From NCBI GenBank assembly GCA_963767005.1, contig CAVYCN010000002.1, forward strand, positions 14,272 through 78,271: a stretch of 64,000 nt of DNA, read 5' to 3'. Each line of letters opens with the position of its first letter. The first letter of the stretch is position 1. The notes under the pieces are model-generated. The model had not been told where the DNA came from and did not search any database. It was given only the letters and a program-made list of their open reading frames with translations. The translations under genes and the position numbers were made by a program. The stretch comes from an uncultured Actinomycetes bacterium (GTDB lineage: Bacteria; Actinomycetota; Thermoleophilia; UBA2241). Shown here piece after piece: positions 29,274 to 37,928 of this stretch.

Positions 29274-30587
29274 TCAGCCGCCGAGCTCGACGACCGTGTC
29301 GATGCCGTCGGCCACGGCCAGCACGCGGGCCCCGGGGCCGCGCACGCGGCGCGCCGCCGCGACGGCCTCGTCGATCGACTCAAAAGCGAGCAGGCCGCAG
29401 CCCTCGACGAGGTCGGGATCGCGCGCGCCGACAACGCCGACCCGGTACGTCGTCATGAGCTTGGCGACCATGTAGGCGCGCTGGCCGCCGGGGCCGAGCG
29501 GCTCGACGCAGCCGCGGGCGACCAGGTCCATCGGCCGCCTGGTCTCGGCCAGGAGCGCGCCGAAGTTGACCTCGCCGGGGCCGTCGCCGACGCCGAGCGG
29601 CAGCTCGGCGCAGAACGCGATCAGGCCGCCCGGCACGAGCACCGGCCGGGCCGACAGGCCGACATAGGTGGCGGCTCGCGAGGCCTGGTAGAGGCTGCGG
29701 TCCTTGGGCTCCGGCACGCCGGCGACCACCAGGTCGAACGGCGCGTCGTGGCGCCTCACCCAGGTGTCCCCGTGGTCGGCAACGAGGCGGCGCTGGGCGG
29801 CGGCGGGGTCGCCGGCGGCCACGCCGGCGACCCCGCCGCCGCCGTCCACGACGACGTTCAGCGCGAAGCGCAGGGCGGTGGCGGCGGCGATCTCGCGCAG
29901 CGCCTCCTGGAACGGGTTGCCGTCGAGCCGGCAGAGACGCACCTCGGGGCGGTCGAGGAACACGGGGTGGTGGGTCCAGGCGATCGTCTCGCGGCCGGCG
30001 CAGCCGACCGCCACCGCCTTCACGCCGCCTGAGAAGCCGGCGTAGAGGTGGGGCTCGACGATGCCGACCGCCACCACGAGGTCGGCGCCCGCGACCGCCT
30101 CTTCGATCACGATGGGGCCGCGGCCGGCGACCTCGCCCAGCGGCACGTTGCGCGGGCTCATGCCCTGGGCGTCGACCACACGCAGGCGCCGGGCGACGCC
30201 GGCGCCGACGAGGGTCTCGCGCTCGGCCGGGGTCGTCGTGCGGTGCAGCCCGCAGCCGATCACGACGCGGATGCGCTCGTCGCTCACCCCGGCCTGCGAG
30301 AGGCGCTCCAGCAGGGGCGGCAGGAGGGCCGCCACGGGGCAGCCACGGCTCGAGTCGGGCACCACGACGGCGACCTCGCGGGCGCCGGCGGCGAGGGCGG
30401 CGAGGGGTGGCGCCTGGATGGGCGCGTCGAGCGCCGCGGCCACCGCCGCCGGCAGGTCGCCGACCGCGGTCAGGAGCGCCGGTGGGTCGAAGGCGCAGGC
30501 CGCCGTCGCCGGCAGGCAGCGCCGGCCGGCCACCACCCAGGGGGCGCCGGCGAGGCCGTCCGCGCCGGGCGGCGGTGCGACGCTCAT
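29274..30587 (-). CDS. LarA-family (lactate racemase / DUF2088-type, nickel-pincer-nucleotide-dependent 2-hydroxyacid racemase-like) protein
   Basis: 438 aa; ...VEPHLYAGFSGGVKAVAVGC... matches the LarA HxxAGFSGGxK cofactor-tethering region as I recall it; ATGA overlap with the upstream mini-ORF. Confidence 0.65.
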   Translation of the reverse strand: MSVAPPPGADGLAGAPWVVAGRRCLPATAACAFDPPALLTAVGDLPAAVAAALDAPIQAPPLAALAAGAREVAVVVPDSSRGCPVAALLPPLLERLSQAGVSDERIRVVIGCGLHRTTTPAERETLVGAGVARRLRVVDAQGMSPRNVPLGEVAGRGPIVIEEAVAGADLVVAVGIVEPHLYAGFSGGVKAVAVGCAGRETIAWTHHPVFLDRPEVRLCRLDGNPFQEALREIAAATALRFALNVVVDGGGGVAGVAAGDPAAAQRRLVADHGDTWVRRHDAPFDLVVAGVPEPKDRSLYQASRAATYVGLSARPVLVPGGLIAFCAELPLGVGDGPGEVNFGALLAETRRPMDLVARGCVEPLGPGGQRAYMVAKLMTTYRVGVVGARDPDLVEGCGLLAFESIDEAVAAARRVRGPGARVLAVADGIDTVVELGG

Positions 30588-30799
30588 GGCTCCGCCCGGC
30601 GCTGGGGCGGGCAGACCCAGAAGGCGACGAGCGCGGCGATCGCGCCCAGGGGCGGGAAGATCACGGCCAGCAGGAAGCCCCAGACGACCCAGGCCAGACG
30701 CGAGCGGCCGGTGCGCCGGGCGGTGCGCTGGCCGACGTAGAGGCAGACCGGGAGCTGGGCGGCGAACAGGAGCTGGGTGGCCATGGTCGAGAGGTGCAT
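30584..30799 (-). CDS. PLDc_N-like small membrane protein (71 aa)
   Basis: ...RLAWVVWGFLLAVIFPPLGAIAALVAFWV... fits the PLDc_N consensus (KxxWLlxIlxxPxlGxixY); start 3 nt after the regulator stop, stop overlaps the LarA-like start. Confidence 0.45.
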   Translation of the reverse strand: MHLSTMATQLLFAAQLPVCLYVGQRTARRTGRSRLAWVVWGFLLAVIFPPLGAIAALVAFWVCPPQRRAEP

Positions 30800-30801
30800 G
30801 G

Positions 30802-33045
30802 CTACGTGTATCGCCGCAGCAGCCGGGCGACGAGGTCGCGCAGCGCGGCGACCGCCGGTTCGGGGGCGAGCGGCACGGCCGCGCCGGCGAAGTGCAGGAG
30901 CTCGTGGGTGAGCCAGCGCTCGTCGACGTAGGGTTGGGTCGCCAGGCAGGCGCCGCCCGGAACGGGTACCGCGGGCCCGCGCTCGGCCACGTAGCGTGCG
31001 ACGTCGGGCGCGTACCAGACGAGCGCGCTGCGCGGCGCGTGGCGGGCTGCGCTGCGCACGCCCTCGCGGCGGTAGAGCTCGACCTCGACCTCGGGGCGCG
31101 GCGCGAAGCGCTCGCCGCGCAGCGCCGCCCGCTTGGTGGTGGCGATCCGGAAGGTGCGCGTGCCTTGCGAGCGCCGGCACCAGGCGACGTAGTACCACTC
31201 GCCCCGGGTGCGCACCAGCAGGTACGGCTCAACCGTCCGCGTCGTGGTCGTGCCGCTGCCCTCCGACCAGTACTCGATGTCGAGCAGACGGTGCTCGCCG
31301 ACGGCCGCGCTCACCGCGTCGAGGATCGGCTCGGCGGTGGGCAGCCGCTCGCCGGCGGCGACCGACGACGGCGCCGCGTGACGGGCGCGGCGCAGCTTCT
31401 GCGCCGCGCTGCGCAGCGCGGCGCCGTGCTCGATCGGGAGCTGCCCGCCGAGCACCTCGACGGCCAGCAGCAGCGTGTCGACCTGTAGCGGCGACAGGCG
31501 GGCCGGCCGCGCGAACGCCGAGCTCGCCACGTCGCAGGTGACGACCAGGTCCGGCCCCTTGACCTCGGCCCACACGAGGGTGCCCTCGCCGCCGAAGTTG
31601 ACGAGGTTGAGGAGCCGCACGTCGGCGCGCAGCTCGGCCGGCGTGGTGTCGAGCCGGGCGCAGAGCTCGGCGACGGGCACGGGCGTCTCGTCGGCGCCGC
31701 CGGCCGCCCGGCAGACGTCGTGCAAATAGGTGAGCAGCGTGGTCAGGCGGGTGAAGCGGTCGGCTTCGACCTGCCAGTCGTCGGCGCCGCCGGCCGGTGC
31801 CGAGTCGGCGCGGGGAGTGGGCGAGCTGGCGGGCTCGTCGAGCCCGGCGGCGGCGAGCAGCGCGGCGGCGCGGCCGGCCTCGAGCGGCGGCCGCTCGAGC
31901 CGCCCGGCCAGGCGGCCGAGCTGGGCGCGCAGCTCGGCGCGCAGCGCCGGCGGCTCGACGAGCTCGGCCGCCGCCCCCATCGAGAGCACCCACTCGATGA
32001 GCTGCTGAGCCGAGTCGTAGGCGGTCGAGAACAGGATGTCGGTCTCGTCGCCGGCGCCGCCCGTGCCCGCATCACCGCCGTCGCCGCCCGCCCCGGAGCC
32101 GTCACTGCCGCCCGTGCCGGCGTCGCGGCCACCCTCGCCGGCGTTCAGGCGCGCGTCGTCGCCGGCCGGCGCGATCGTGCCGCAGCGCGCGAAGTGGGCC
32201 TCGACCCACCAGGCCATGCCGGCCGCCACGCGCACGACGGCGTGGCCGACCGGCTCGCCGAGCTGCCAGGGCGGGCGGTCGAGGTAGCGGTCGATCGAGA
32301 AGTCGAGCGGCGCGCCGAAGTCGTGCGGCGCGCGCGTCGCGAAGGTCACGCGCGAGCGCAGGCGCGACAACCGGAAGGTGCGGATCGCCGTGCGCAAGTG
32401 GCAGAAGCCGACGAGGTACCACTCGTCGCCGACGAGCAGCAGGCCGTACGGGTCGACCGTGCGCTCGCGCTCCTCGTCGCGGCCGATCGAGTAGTAGAGG
32501 AAGGTCACCGTCTTGCCGGCGGCGACTGCCTGTTGCAGCTTGGGCAGGGCGCCGGCGGCGCGGCGCGCCTCGCGCTCGGGTAGCACGCTGATCGGTGTGG
32601 GGGCGGCCGGCGCGAGCAGCTCGGGCCGGCCGTGGGTCAGGCTGAGCAGGGCGAGGCGCAGCGGCTCGCTGTAGGCGAAGCGGTCCTCGAGCACGAACAG
32701 GCAGGCGGCGAGCGCCGAGAGCTCGGCCGGTGTGAGCTCGATGGCCGGCAGGTAGTAGGCCGACGCCGGCAGCGAGTAGAGCTCGGCCTCGCCACCCTCG
32801 CCGCCATCGGCGGCGATCGCGATGCCCAGGGCGGTGAGCTCGGCGCGGTCCTCGTAGAAGCGCCGCTTGAAGGCGTCGTCGCTCATGAGCGCATAGCCTT
32901 CGACGCGACGACGGATCTCGGCCGCGGTGGCGGGCCGCCCCGGGCGCGAGAGCAGGAAGGCGACGAGCGACAGCCGCCGGATCAGCTTGTCGGCGTCCTT
33001 CGAGAAGCCCTCCTCGCGGGGCGCGCCGCCCTGTCCGGGGCTCAC
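30802..33045 (-). CDS. pafBC: fused PafB/PafC-like transcriptional regulator (two HTH-WYL modules in one 747-aa polypeptide)
   Basis: module 1 HTH (DKLIRRLSLVAFLLSRPGRPATAAEIRRRVEGY) plus WYL (WYLVGFCHLRTAIRTFRLSRL); Gly/Asp-rich linker; module 2 (RFTRLTTLLTYLHDV...GGEGTLVWAEV) plus WYL (WYYVAWCRRSQGTRTFRIATT); GTG start overlaps the GNAT stop (GTGA). Confidence 0.7.
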   Translation of the reverse strand: MSPGQGGAPREEGFSKDADKLIRRLSLVAFLLSRPGRPATAAEIRRRVEGYALMSDDAFKRRFYEDRAELTALGIAIAADGGEGGEAELYSLPASAYYLPAIELTPAELSALAACLFVLEDRFAYSEPLRLALLSLTHGRPELLAPAAPTPISVLPEREARRAAGALPKLQQAVAAGKTVTFLYYSIGRDEERERTVDPYGLLLVGDEWYLVGFCHLRTAIRTFRLSRLRSRVTFATRAPHDFGAPLDFSIDRYLDRPPWQLGEPVGHAVVRVAAGMAWWVEAHFARCGTIAPAGDDARLNAGEGGRDAGTGGSDGSGAGGDGGDAGTGGAGDETDILFSTAYDSAQQLIEWVLSMGAAAELVEPPALRAELRAQLGRLAGRLERPPLEAGRAAALLAAAGLDEPASSPTPRADSAPAGGADDWQVEADRFTRLTTLLTYLHDVCRAAGGADETPVPVAELCARLDTTPAELRADVRLLNLVNFGGEGTLVWAEVKGPDLVVTCDVASSAFARPARLSPLQVDTLLLAVEVLGGQLPIEHGAALRSAAQKLRRARHAAPSSVAAGERLPTAEPILDAVSAAVGEHRLLDIEYWSEGSGTTTTRTVEPYLLVRTRGEWYYVAWCRRSQGTRTFRIATTKRAALRGERFAPRPEVEVELYRREGVRSAARHAPRSALVWYAPDVARYVAERGPAVPVPGGACLATQPYVDERWLTHELLHFAGAAVPLAPEPAVAALRDLVARLLRRYT

Positions 33046-33392
33046 GGCGCGGCGCCGAGGTCGAGGGCGAGCAGCGTGCGGTACTCGTCGGCGAAGCCAC
33101 GCCTGGCATAGAAGCCGCTGAGACCGTGGCTGAGCTCGCCGTCGGGCGTGACGGTGACGAGCAGCGCCTGGCAGCCCCGCTGCCGGGACCAGCGGGTCAC
33201 GGCGCCGATGAGGGCGCCGGCGATCCCGTGGCCGCGCGCGGCCGGCACCACATAGAGGTCCTCGAGCTCGGCCGAGCGGGTGTACTCGACCGAGGCGGTC
33301 CAGGCGGCGGTGGCGATGCCGACCGCCCGGCGGGCGCCGCCGTCCTCGCGAAAGGCAAGGACGGCGGCGCAGTGCACCGGGTCGGCCAGCAT
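33042..33392 (-). CDS. GNAT family N-acetyltransferase (annotated from first in-frame ATG; N-terminal region appears frame-disrupted)
   Basis: motif A LEDLYVVPAARGHGIAGALI; a good GNAT N-terminus continues upstream in the same frame without a canonical start, while the RBS-linked ATG at 33514 is in the +1 frame. Confidence 0.5.
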   Translation of the reverse strand: MLADPVHCAAVLAFREDGGARRAVGIATAAWTASVEYTRSAELEDLYVVPAARGHGIAGALIGAVTRWSRQRGCQALLVTVTPDGELSHGLSGFYARRGFADEYRTLLALDLGAAP

Positions 33393-33572
33393 CTCGGCGA
33401 GGCCGCGGCGCTGGGCGTCGGGCGGCGTCGTGAAGCCCTCCTCGCTGAAGAAGCGGCGCAGGAGGTCGACTGCGACCTCGACGGTCGCCTCGCCGACCGG
33501 TTCGATGACGACATCGGTCGTCGTGACCTCCTTCGGCTGTCCGCCGCCGGCCCGCCGGCGCGTCCGGCGTCG

Positions 33573-35030
33573 CTAGACGGCCTGGCGCTCGGCCGCGGCG
33601 ATGATCGCGTCGAACTCGCGGCCGAGGTCGTCGGGAAAGCCGATCGGCTCGGCCGCCAGGATCTCGCGCACCTTGTCCTGCGCCTTTTCGACCGTGCTCT
33701 TGCCGCCGGCCGCCTTCCAGGCCTCGTAGTTGCCCGTCTCGCCGAGCTTGGCCTGCCAGAGCTCGCGCACGTGCTTGCGGGTGTGCCCGTCGAACAGGTA
33801 GTTGCCGTTGAAGCCCATCTTGACGATAAGGTCGCGGGCGATCGTCTCGTCGGTCACCTCGACGCCGCGCAGCATGCGCTTGACCATGCCGAGGATCTCG
33901 TCGTCGACCACCATGTTCTCGAGGCACAGGATGCGCGAGCCGTCGAGCAGGCCGGTGCCGAACGTCACGTCGGCGCCGTTGGCGTAGGCCATGAACATGG
34001 CGAGCGCGTTCTCGTAGGCGCTCTGGATACCGGGCTCCTTGGCCGTGGTCGCACCGGCGCCGTACCAGGCCGGCACGCCGTAGAAGTCGGCCATGTGGCC
34101 CTGCACGGCGCGGATCAGGATGGCTTCGGGCGAGTTGCTCGCGTAGGCCCCGCTCCCCATGTACATCGCGGTCGGGCCGCCGCCGTGGATGACCGGCGCG
34201 CCCGGGCTGGCGAGCTGTACGAGCGTCGCGCCGCTCACGAACTCGGCGTTGTTCACGACGGCCGATCCAGCGATCGTGATGGGGCCGGTCGCGCCGAGGA
34301 TCGGCATGGGGTAGAAGCTGATCGGGATACCGGCGTCGGCGAGGGTGAGGGCGAGGTCCATGCCGAAGCGCTCCTGGTGGAGCGGGCTCACCGTGCAGAT
34401 GATGGCGGTGAAGGTCGGCCGCAGGCGCAGCTCGTCGCGGCCGCCGGCGAGGGCGACGCCCATCTCGATCAGGCTGCGCGCCTCCCAGTCCTCCTTGATA
34501 GAGACGACGATGCTGTGCTTGGCCGAGTTGCGCACGCAGGCGTCGAACTCGTGCAGCACGCGGCTCTGGATGGGGCAGTCCTGGGCCGAGACGACCGCGC
34601 TCGTCGCACTCACATTGTCGAGCGCCTGGACGACGCGGGCGCAGTTCTCGAGGTCTTCCTTGCGCGAGGGCCGTACCACGCCGGTGACCGGGTCGCGGTA
34701 GGACACGCCGCAGCCGTCGGACGAGATGTAGATGTGCTCGCCGTCGAGCGGCAGGTCGTACTCGGGCGTGCGGCCGCCCAGGGTGAACTCGTGCGGCACG
34801 CTGGCGAGCGCCCGCTCGACGACCGCGCCCGGGATCTTCGCGACCGAGGTCTCCCGGTCGACCGTGGCGCCGTGCTCCTCGAGCACGTCGAGCGCCCGCT
34901 GCGAGAAGAACATGACGCCGACGTTCTCGATCACGTCGAGCGTCGCCTCGTGGATCTGACGGATCTCGGCGGCGTCGAGGAGATCGAGCTTGACGCGCTT
35001 GCCGACATAGCAGCCGTCTGCGTAGGTCAT
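33573..35030 (-). CDS. MttB-superfamily methyltransferase (trimethylamine methyltransferase family, non-pyrrolysine type)
   Basis: 485 aa; collinear similarity to MttB/MtgB as I remember it (e.g. PTFTAIICTVSPLHQERFGMDLAL..., ...MGFNGNYLFDGHTRKHV...); no in-frame amber. Confidence 0.8.
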   Translation of the reverse strand: MTYADGCYVGKRVKLDLLDAAEIRQIHEATLDVIENVGVMFFSQRALDVLEEHGATVDRETSVAKIPGAVVERALASVPHEFTLGGRTPEYDLPLDGEHIYISSDGCGVSYRDPVTGVVRPSRKEDLENCARVVQALDNVSATSAVVSAQDCPIQSRVLHEFDACVRNSAKHSIVVSIKEDWEARSLIEMGVALAGGRDELRLRPTFTAIICTVSPLHQERFGMDLALTLADAGIPISFYPMPILGATGPITIAGSAVVNNAEFVSGATLVQLASPGAPVIHGGGPTAMYMGSGAYASNSPEAILIRAVQGHMADFYGVPAWYGAGATTAKEPGIQSAYENALAMFMAYANGADVTFGTGLLDGSRILCLENMVVDDEILGMVKRMLRGVEVTDETIARDLIVKMGFNGNYLFDGHTRKHVRELWQAKLGETGNYEAWKAAGGKSTVEKAQDKVREILAAEPIGFPDDLGREFDAIIAAAERQAV

Positions 35031-35271
35031 GGTGGTCGGTCCTTTCGGCGTGAAGGGGTGCGCGACGGGAGCGCTCGCGGCCGCCAGGCCCGGGCTCCCG
35101 CGCGTCCGACGGGACGGATGGTCCTACGCGGCGGGGTGGTCGCGCGCCGCCGACTTGAGGCGAGTCCGCGTCAAGAGCGCTCCTTCAGCTGGTGCCGGCC
35201 GCCCCGCTCCCTTCGCGGGGAGCGCCAGAAAGGTGTCGCCGACTGCCCAGAGTCTACATCGCCGCGAGCCG

Positions 35272-36717
35272 TCACTGGGCCGCCGCGGCGATGATCGCGT
35301 CGAACTCGCGGCCGAGGCCGGCGGGAAACTCGGGCACCGGTGCGGCGAGCAGCTCCTCGACCCGGGCGTGGGCCACGTCGGCCGTGCCGCGCGCGCCGGC
35401 CGTCTTCCAGGCCTCGTAGGTGCCGGTCTCGCCCAGCCTGGCCTGCCAGAGCTCGCGCACGTGCTTGCGGGTGTGGGAATCGAACAGGTAGTCGCCCTTG
35501 AAGCCCATCCGGGCGATGAGGTCGACGGCCAGGTGCTCGCGGTCGACCGTCACGCCCTGCAGCAGGCGGCTCACCATGCCGAAGACCTCGTCGGCCACGA
35601 CGAGTTCCTCGAGCGACATCTGCGTGACCGAGTCGAGCAGGCCGGCCCCGAACAGAAAATCGGCGCCGGCGAACAGCTCGAGCATGAGCCCGAGTGTGTT
35701 CTCGTAGGCCGCCTGCACGCCGGGCTCCTTGCCCTTCGTGCCGCCCCAGCCCAGGCCGGCGGGCATGCCGTAGAAGGCCGCCATCTGGCCCTGCACGGCG
35801 CGCAGCAGGAGCGCCTCGGGCACGTTGGCGAAGTAGGCTCCGGTGCGCATGAACAGGGCGGTCGGTCCGCCGGCGTGGATGAGCTTGGCGCCGGGGTGCG
35901 CGAGCTGGATCGCGGTGATGGCGCCCAGGATCTCGGCGTTGTTGACGACCGCGGTGCCGGCCGGCGTCACCGGCGCCGTCGCGCCCAGGATCGGCATGGG
36001 GTAGAGCATCATCGGGATGCCGGCCTCGGCGAGGGTGAAGGCGAGGTCCATGCCGAAGCGCTCCTGGTGCAGCGGGCTTACCGTGCACAGGATGACCGAG
36101 AAGGTGGGGCGCTCGTCGAGCTCGCGGGCGCCGCCGGCGACCGCCTCGGCCATGCGGATCAGGCTGCGCGCCTCCCAGTCCTCTTTGAGTGAGACGACGA
36201 TGGTGTGCTTGGCCGACGAGCGCATGCAGGCGTCGAACTCGTGCAGCACGCGCGTCTCGACCGGGCTGTCCTGGGCCGACACGAGGGCCGACGTGGCTGA
36301 GATGTTGTCGAGCCCCTGCACCACGCGGGCCGCCGCCGCGACGTCGGCCTTGGTCGAGGGCCGCACCGAGCCGTCGTGCTCGCGCACGAACGTGGCGCAG
36401 CCGTCGGAGGTGATGTAGGCGTGCTCGCCGTCGAGCGGCAGGTCGTACTCGGGGGTGCGGCCGCCGAGCGTGAAGCGCCGCGGCAGGGTGGCCAGGGCCC
36501 GCTCGACCACCTCGGGCGGCAGCTTGGCGACCGTGGTCTCGTAGTCGACCTCGGCGCCGGCCTCGGCCAGCACGTCGAGGGCGCGCTTCGAGTAGTAGAC
36601 GCAGCCGACCTCGTGCAGGATGTCGAGCGAGGTCTCGTGGATGCGGCGCACCTCGTCTGGCGAGACGATCTGGAGCGGCCGGCGCGAGCCGACGCGGCGG
36701 GTATCGGCGTGGGTCAC
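35272..36717 (-). CDS. MttB-superfamily methyltransferase, tandem paralog (about 70% identity to the upstream copy)
   Basis: 481 aa; AAGGAGA RBS plus GTG start; same conserved blocks as the first copy. Confidence 0.8.
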   Translation of the reverse strand: MTHADTRRVGSRRPLQIVSPDEVRRIHETSLDILHEVGCVYYSKRALDVLAEAGAEVDYETTVAKLPPEVVERALATLPRRFTLGGRTPEYDLPLDGEHAYITSDGCATFVREHDGSVRPSTKADVAAAARVVQGLDNISATSALVSAQDSPVETRVLHEFDACMRSSAKHTIVVSLKEDWEARSLIRMAEAVAGGARELDERPTFSVILCTVSPLHQERFGMDLAFTLAEAGIPMMLYPMPILGATAPVTPAGTAVVNNAEILGAITAIQLAHPGAKLIHAGGPTALFMRTGAYFANVPEALLLRAVQGQMAAFYGMPAGLGWGGTKGKEPGVQAAYENTLGLMLELFAGADFLFGAGLLDSVTQMSLEELVVADEVFGMVSRLLQGVTVDREHLAVDLIARMGFKGDYLFDSHTRKHVRELWQARLGETGTYEAWKTAGARGTADVAHARVEELLAAPVPEFPAGLGREFDAIIAAAAQ

Positions 36718-37829
36718 GGGTTCTCCTTGCGGTCGGGACGGACGACGGCGCCGGCGCTTGCCGGCGTACGGGTGACGAAGCGGCGGGAGACGAACGGCGA
36801 GGTCACGGCGCGCACGAGGGCGTCGTAGTCGACGGCGAAGGCAACGGTGTCGCCCGGGCGCAGCTCGCGCGGCGTGACGAGCACGGCCACGTCGCTCGTC
36901 ATGCCGGCGACCCAGGCCCCGTCGAGCAGCGGCCGCAGGCCACCGGGCTCGCAGTCGCGCCGGCCGAGGGCGATCAGCGTGTACCAGGCGTCGTGGTCGG
37001 GCAGCGCCGTGTCGGGGGTGTGGCCGAACGCGTCGCGGCCGGCGGGGCCGACCGGCGCCGGCGGCTTGCGCGACGACTCGAGCACGGTCGCGGTGAGCAC
37101 GGGGTCGAAGCGTTCGAGGCCGGCGAGCGTCTCGCCCGAGACGAAATCGTAGCCGTAGAGGAGCCCGCCGCCGGCGCGCAGCTCGGTGCGAAACCGCGGC
37201 GTGAAGTCGTCGAGGCAGCTGAGGCAGACGGTCCCGCCGACGGACAGCAGCGGAGCGTCGAGGTCGGCGGCGTCGGCGACCGTGGCCAGGACGTCCTCGG
37301 CCGCGCGCAGCAGCGCGACGCTGGGGAGCTGGCCCGACAGGCAGGCGAAGTTCACGGCGATGCCGCCGAGGGCGGTGCCGGGCAGGCCGGCGAGGCGGCT
37401 CGCCGCCTCGCCGGCCTGCCCGGGCAGCACGCCCTCGCGGCGATCGCCGAGGTCGACGGTGAGCAGCAGCTCGATCGGCAGGCCTGGCGCGTGGCGGCCG
37501 AGCTCCTCGGCCGTGCCCGGGTCGCACAGCAGGATTCGTTCGGCGACCTGGGCCGCCGTCACGACGTCGTGGGGTCCGGGGGCGCGCAGCAGCGTGAGCG
37601 GCACGAGGGCGTGAGCGGCGAGCCGCACCAGCGCGGGCAGGCGCGAGTCGGCGAGGCCGGTGCAGCCGGCCTCGAGCATCGCCTGCCCGACGGCCGGCTC
37701 GCCGTCGACGGCCTTGGTCACGCCGACGAGCTCGATGCCGCGGGCGAGCAGGCGCGCGGCGAGGCTGCCCGTAGCGGCCGCGATGGCGTCGAGGTCGAAG
37801 GTCAGCTCAGGTTCCGTGGCGGTCCTGCG
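36714..37829 (-). CDS. alanine-racemase-fold (fold-type III PLP, YhfX-like) protein; start codon unresolved
   Basis: LTFDLDAIAAATG...ELVGVTKAVDG (candidate PLP lysine) N-terminal barrel; stop overlaps the MttB paralog start; no ATG/GTG/TTG near the expected N-terminus (the nearest GTG at 37928 would add a poly-Arg leader). Confidence 0.5.
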   Translation of the reverse strand, partial: RRTATEPELTFDLDAIAAATGSLAARLLARGIELVGVTKAVDGEPAVGQAMLEAGCTGLADSRLPALVRLAAHALVPLTLLRAPGPHDVVTAAQVAERILLCDPGTAEELGRHAPGLPIELLLTVDLGDRREGVLPGQAGEAASRLAGLPGTALGGIAVNFACLSGQLPSVALLRAAEDVLATVADAADLDAPLLSVGGTVCLSCLDDFTPRFRTELRAGGGLLYGYDFVSGETLAGLERFDPVLTATVLESSRKPPAPVGPAGRDAFGHTPDTALPDHDAWYTLIALGRRDCEPGGLRPLLDGAWVAGMTSDVAVLVTPRELRPGDTVAFAVDYDALVRAVTSPFVSRRFVTRTPASAGAVVRPDRKENP

Positions 37830-37928
37830 GTCGCGGAAACGCCGGCGGCGGCGCCGCCGGCGGGGACAGTATAATCGGACGGCGACGACGCCCCCAAATC
37901 GGGCCCAACGGTCTCGGCCGGACGGCAC

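Noticed and set aside
33573-36717. Possibility that the MttB homologs are pyrrolysine-containing trimethylamine methyltransferases
   Set aside because: Neither paralog has an in-frame amber codon at the position where Pyl-type MttB carries it; these are non-Pyl family members.
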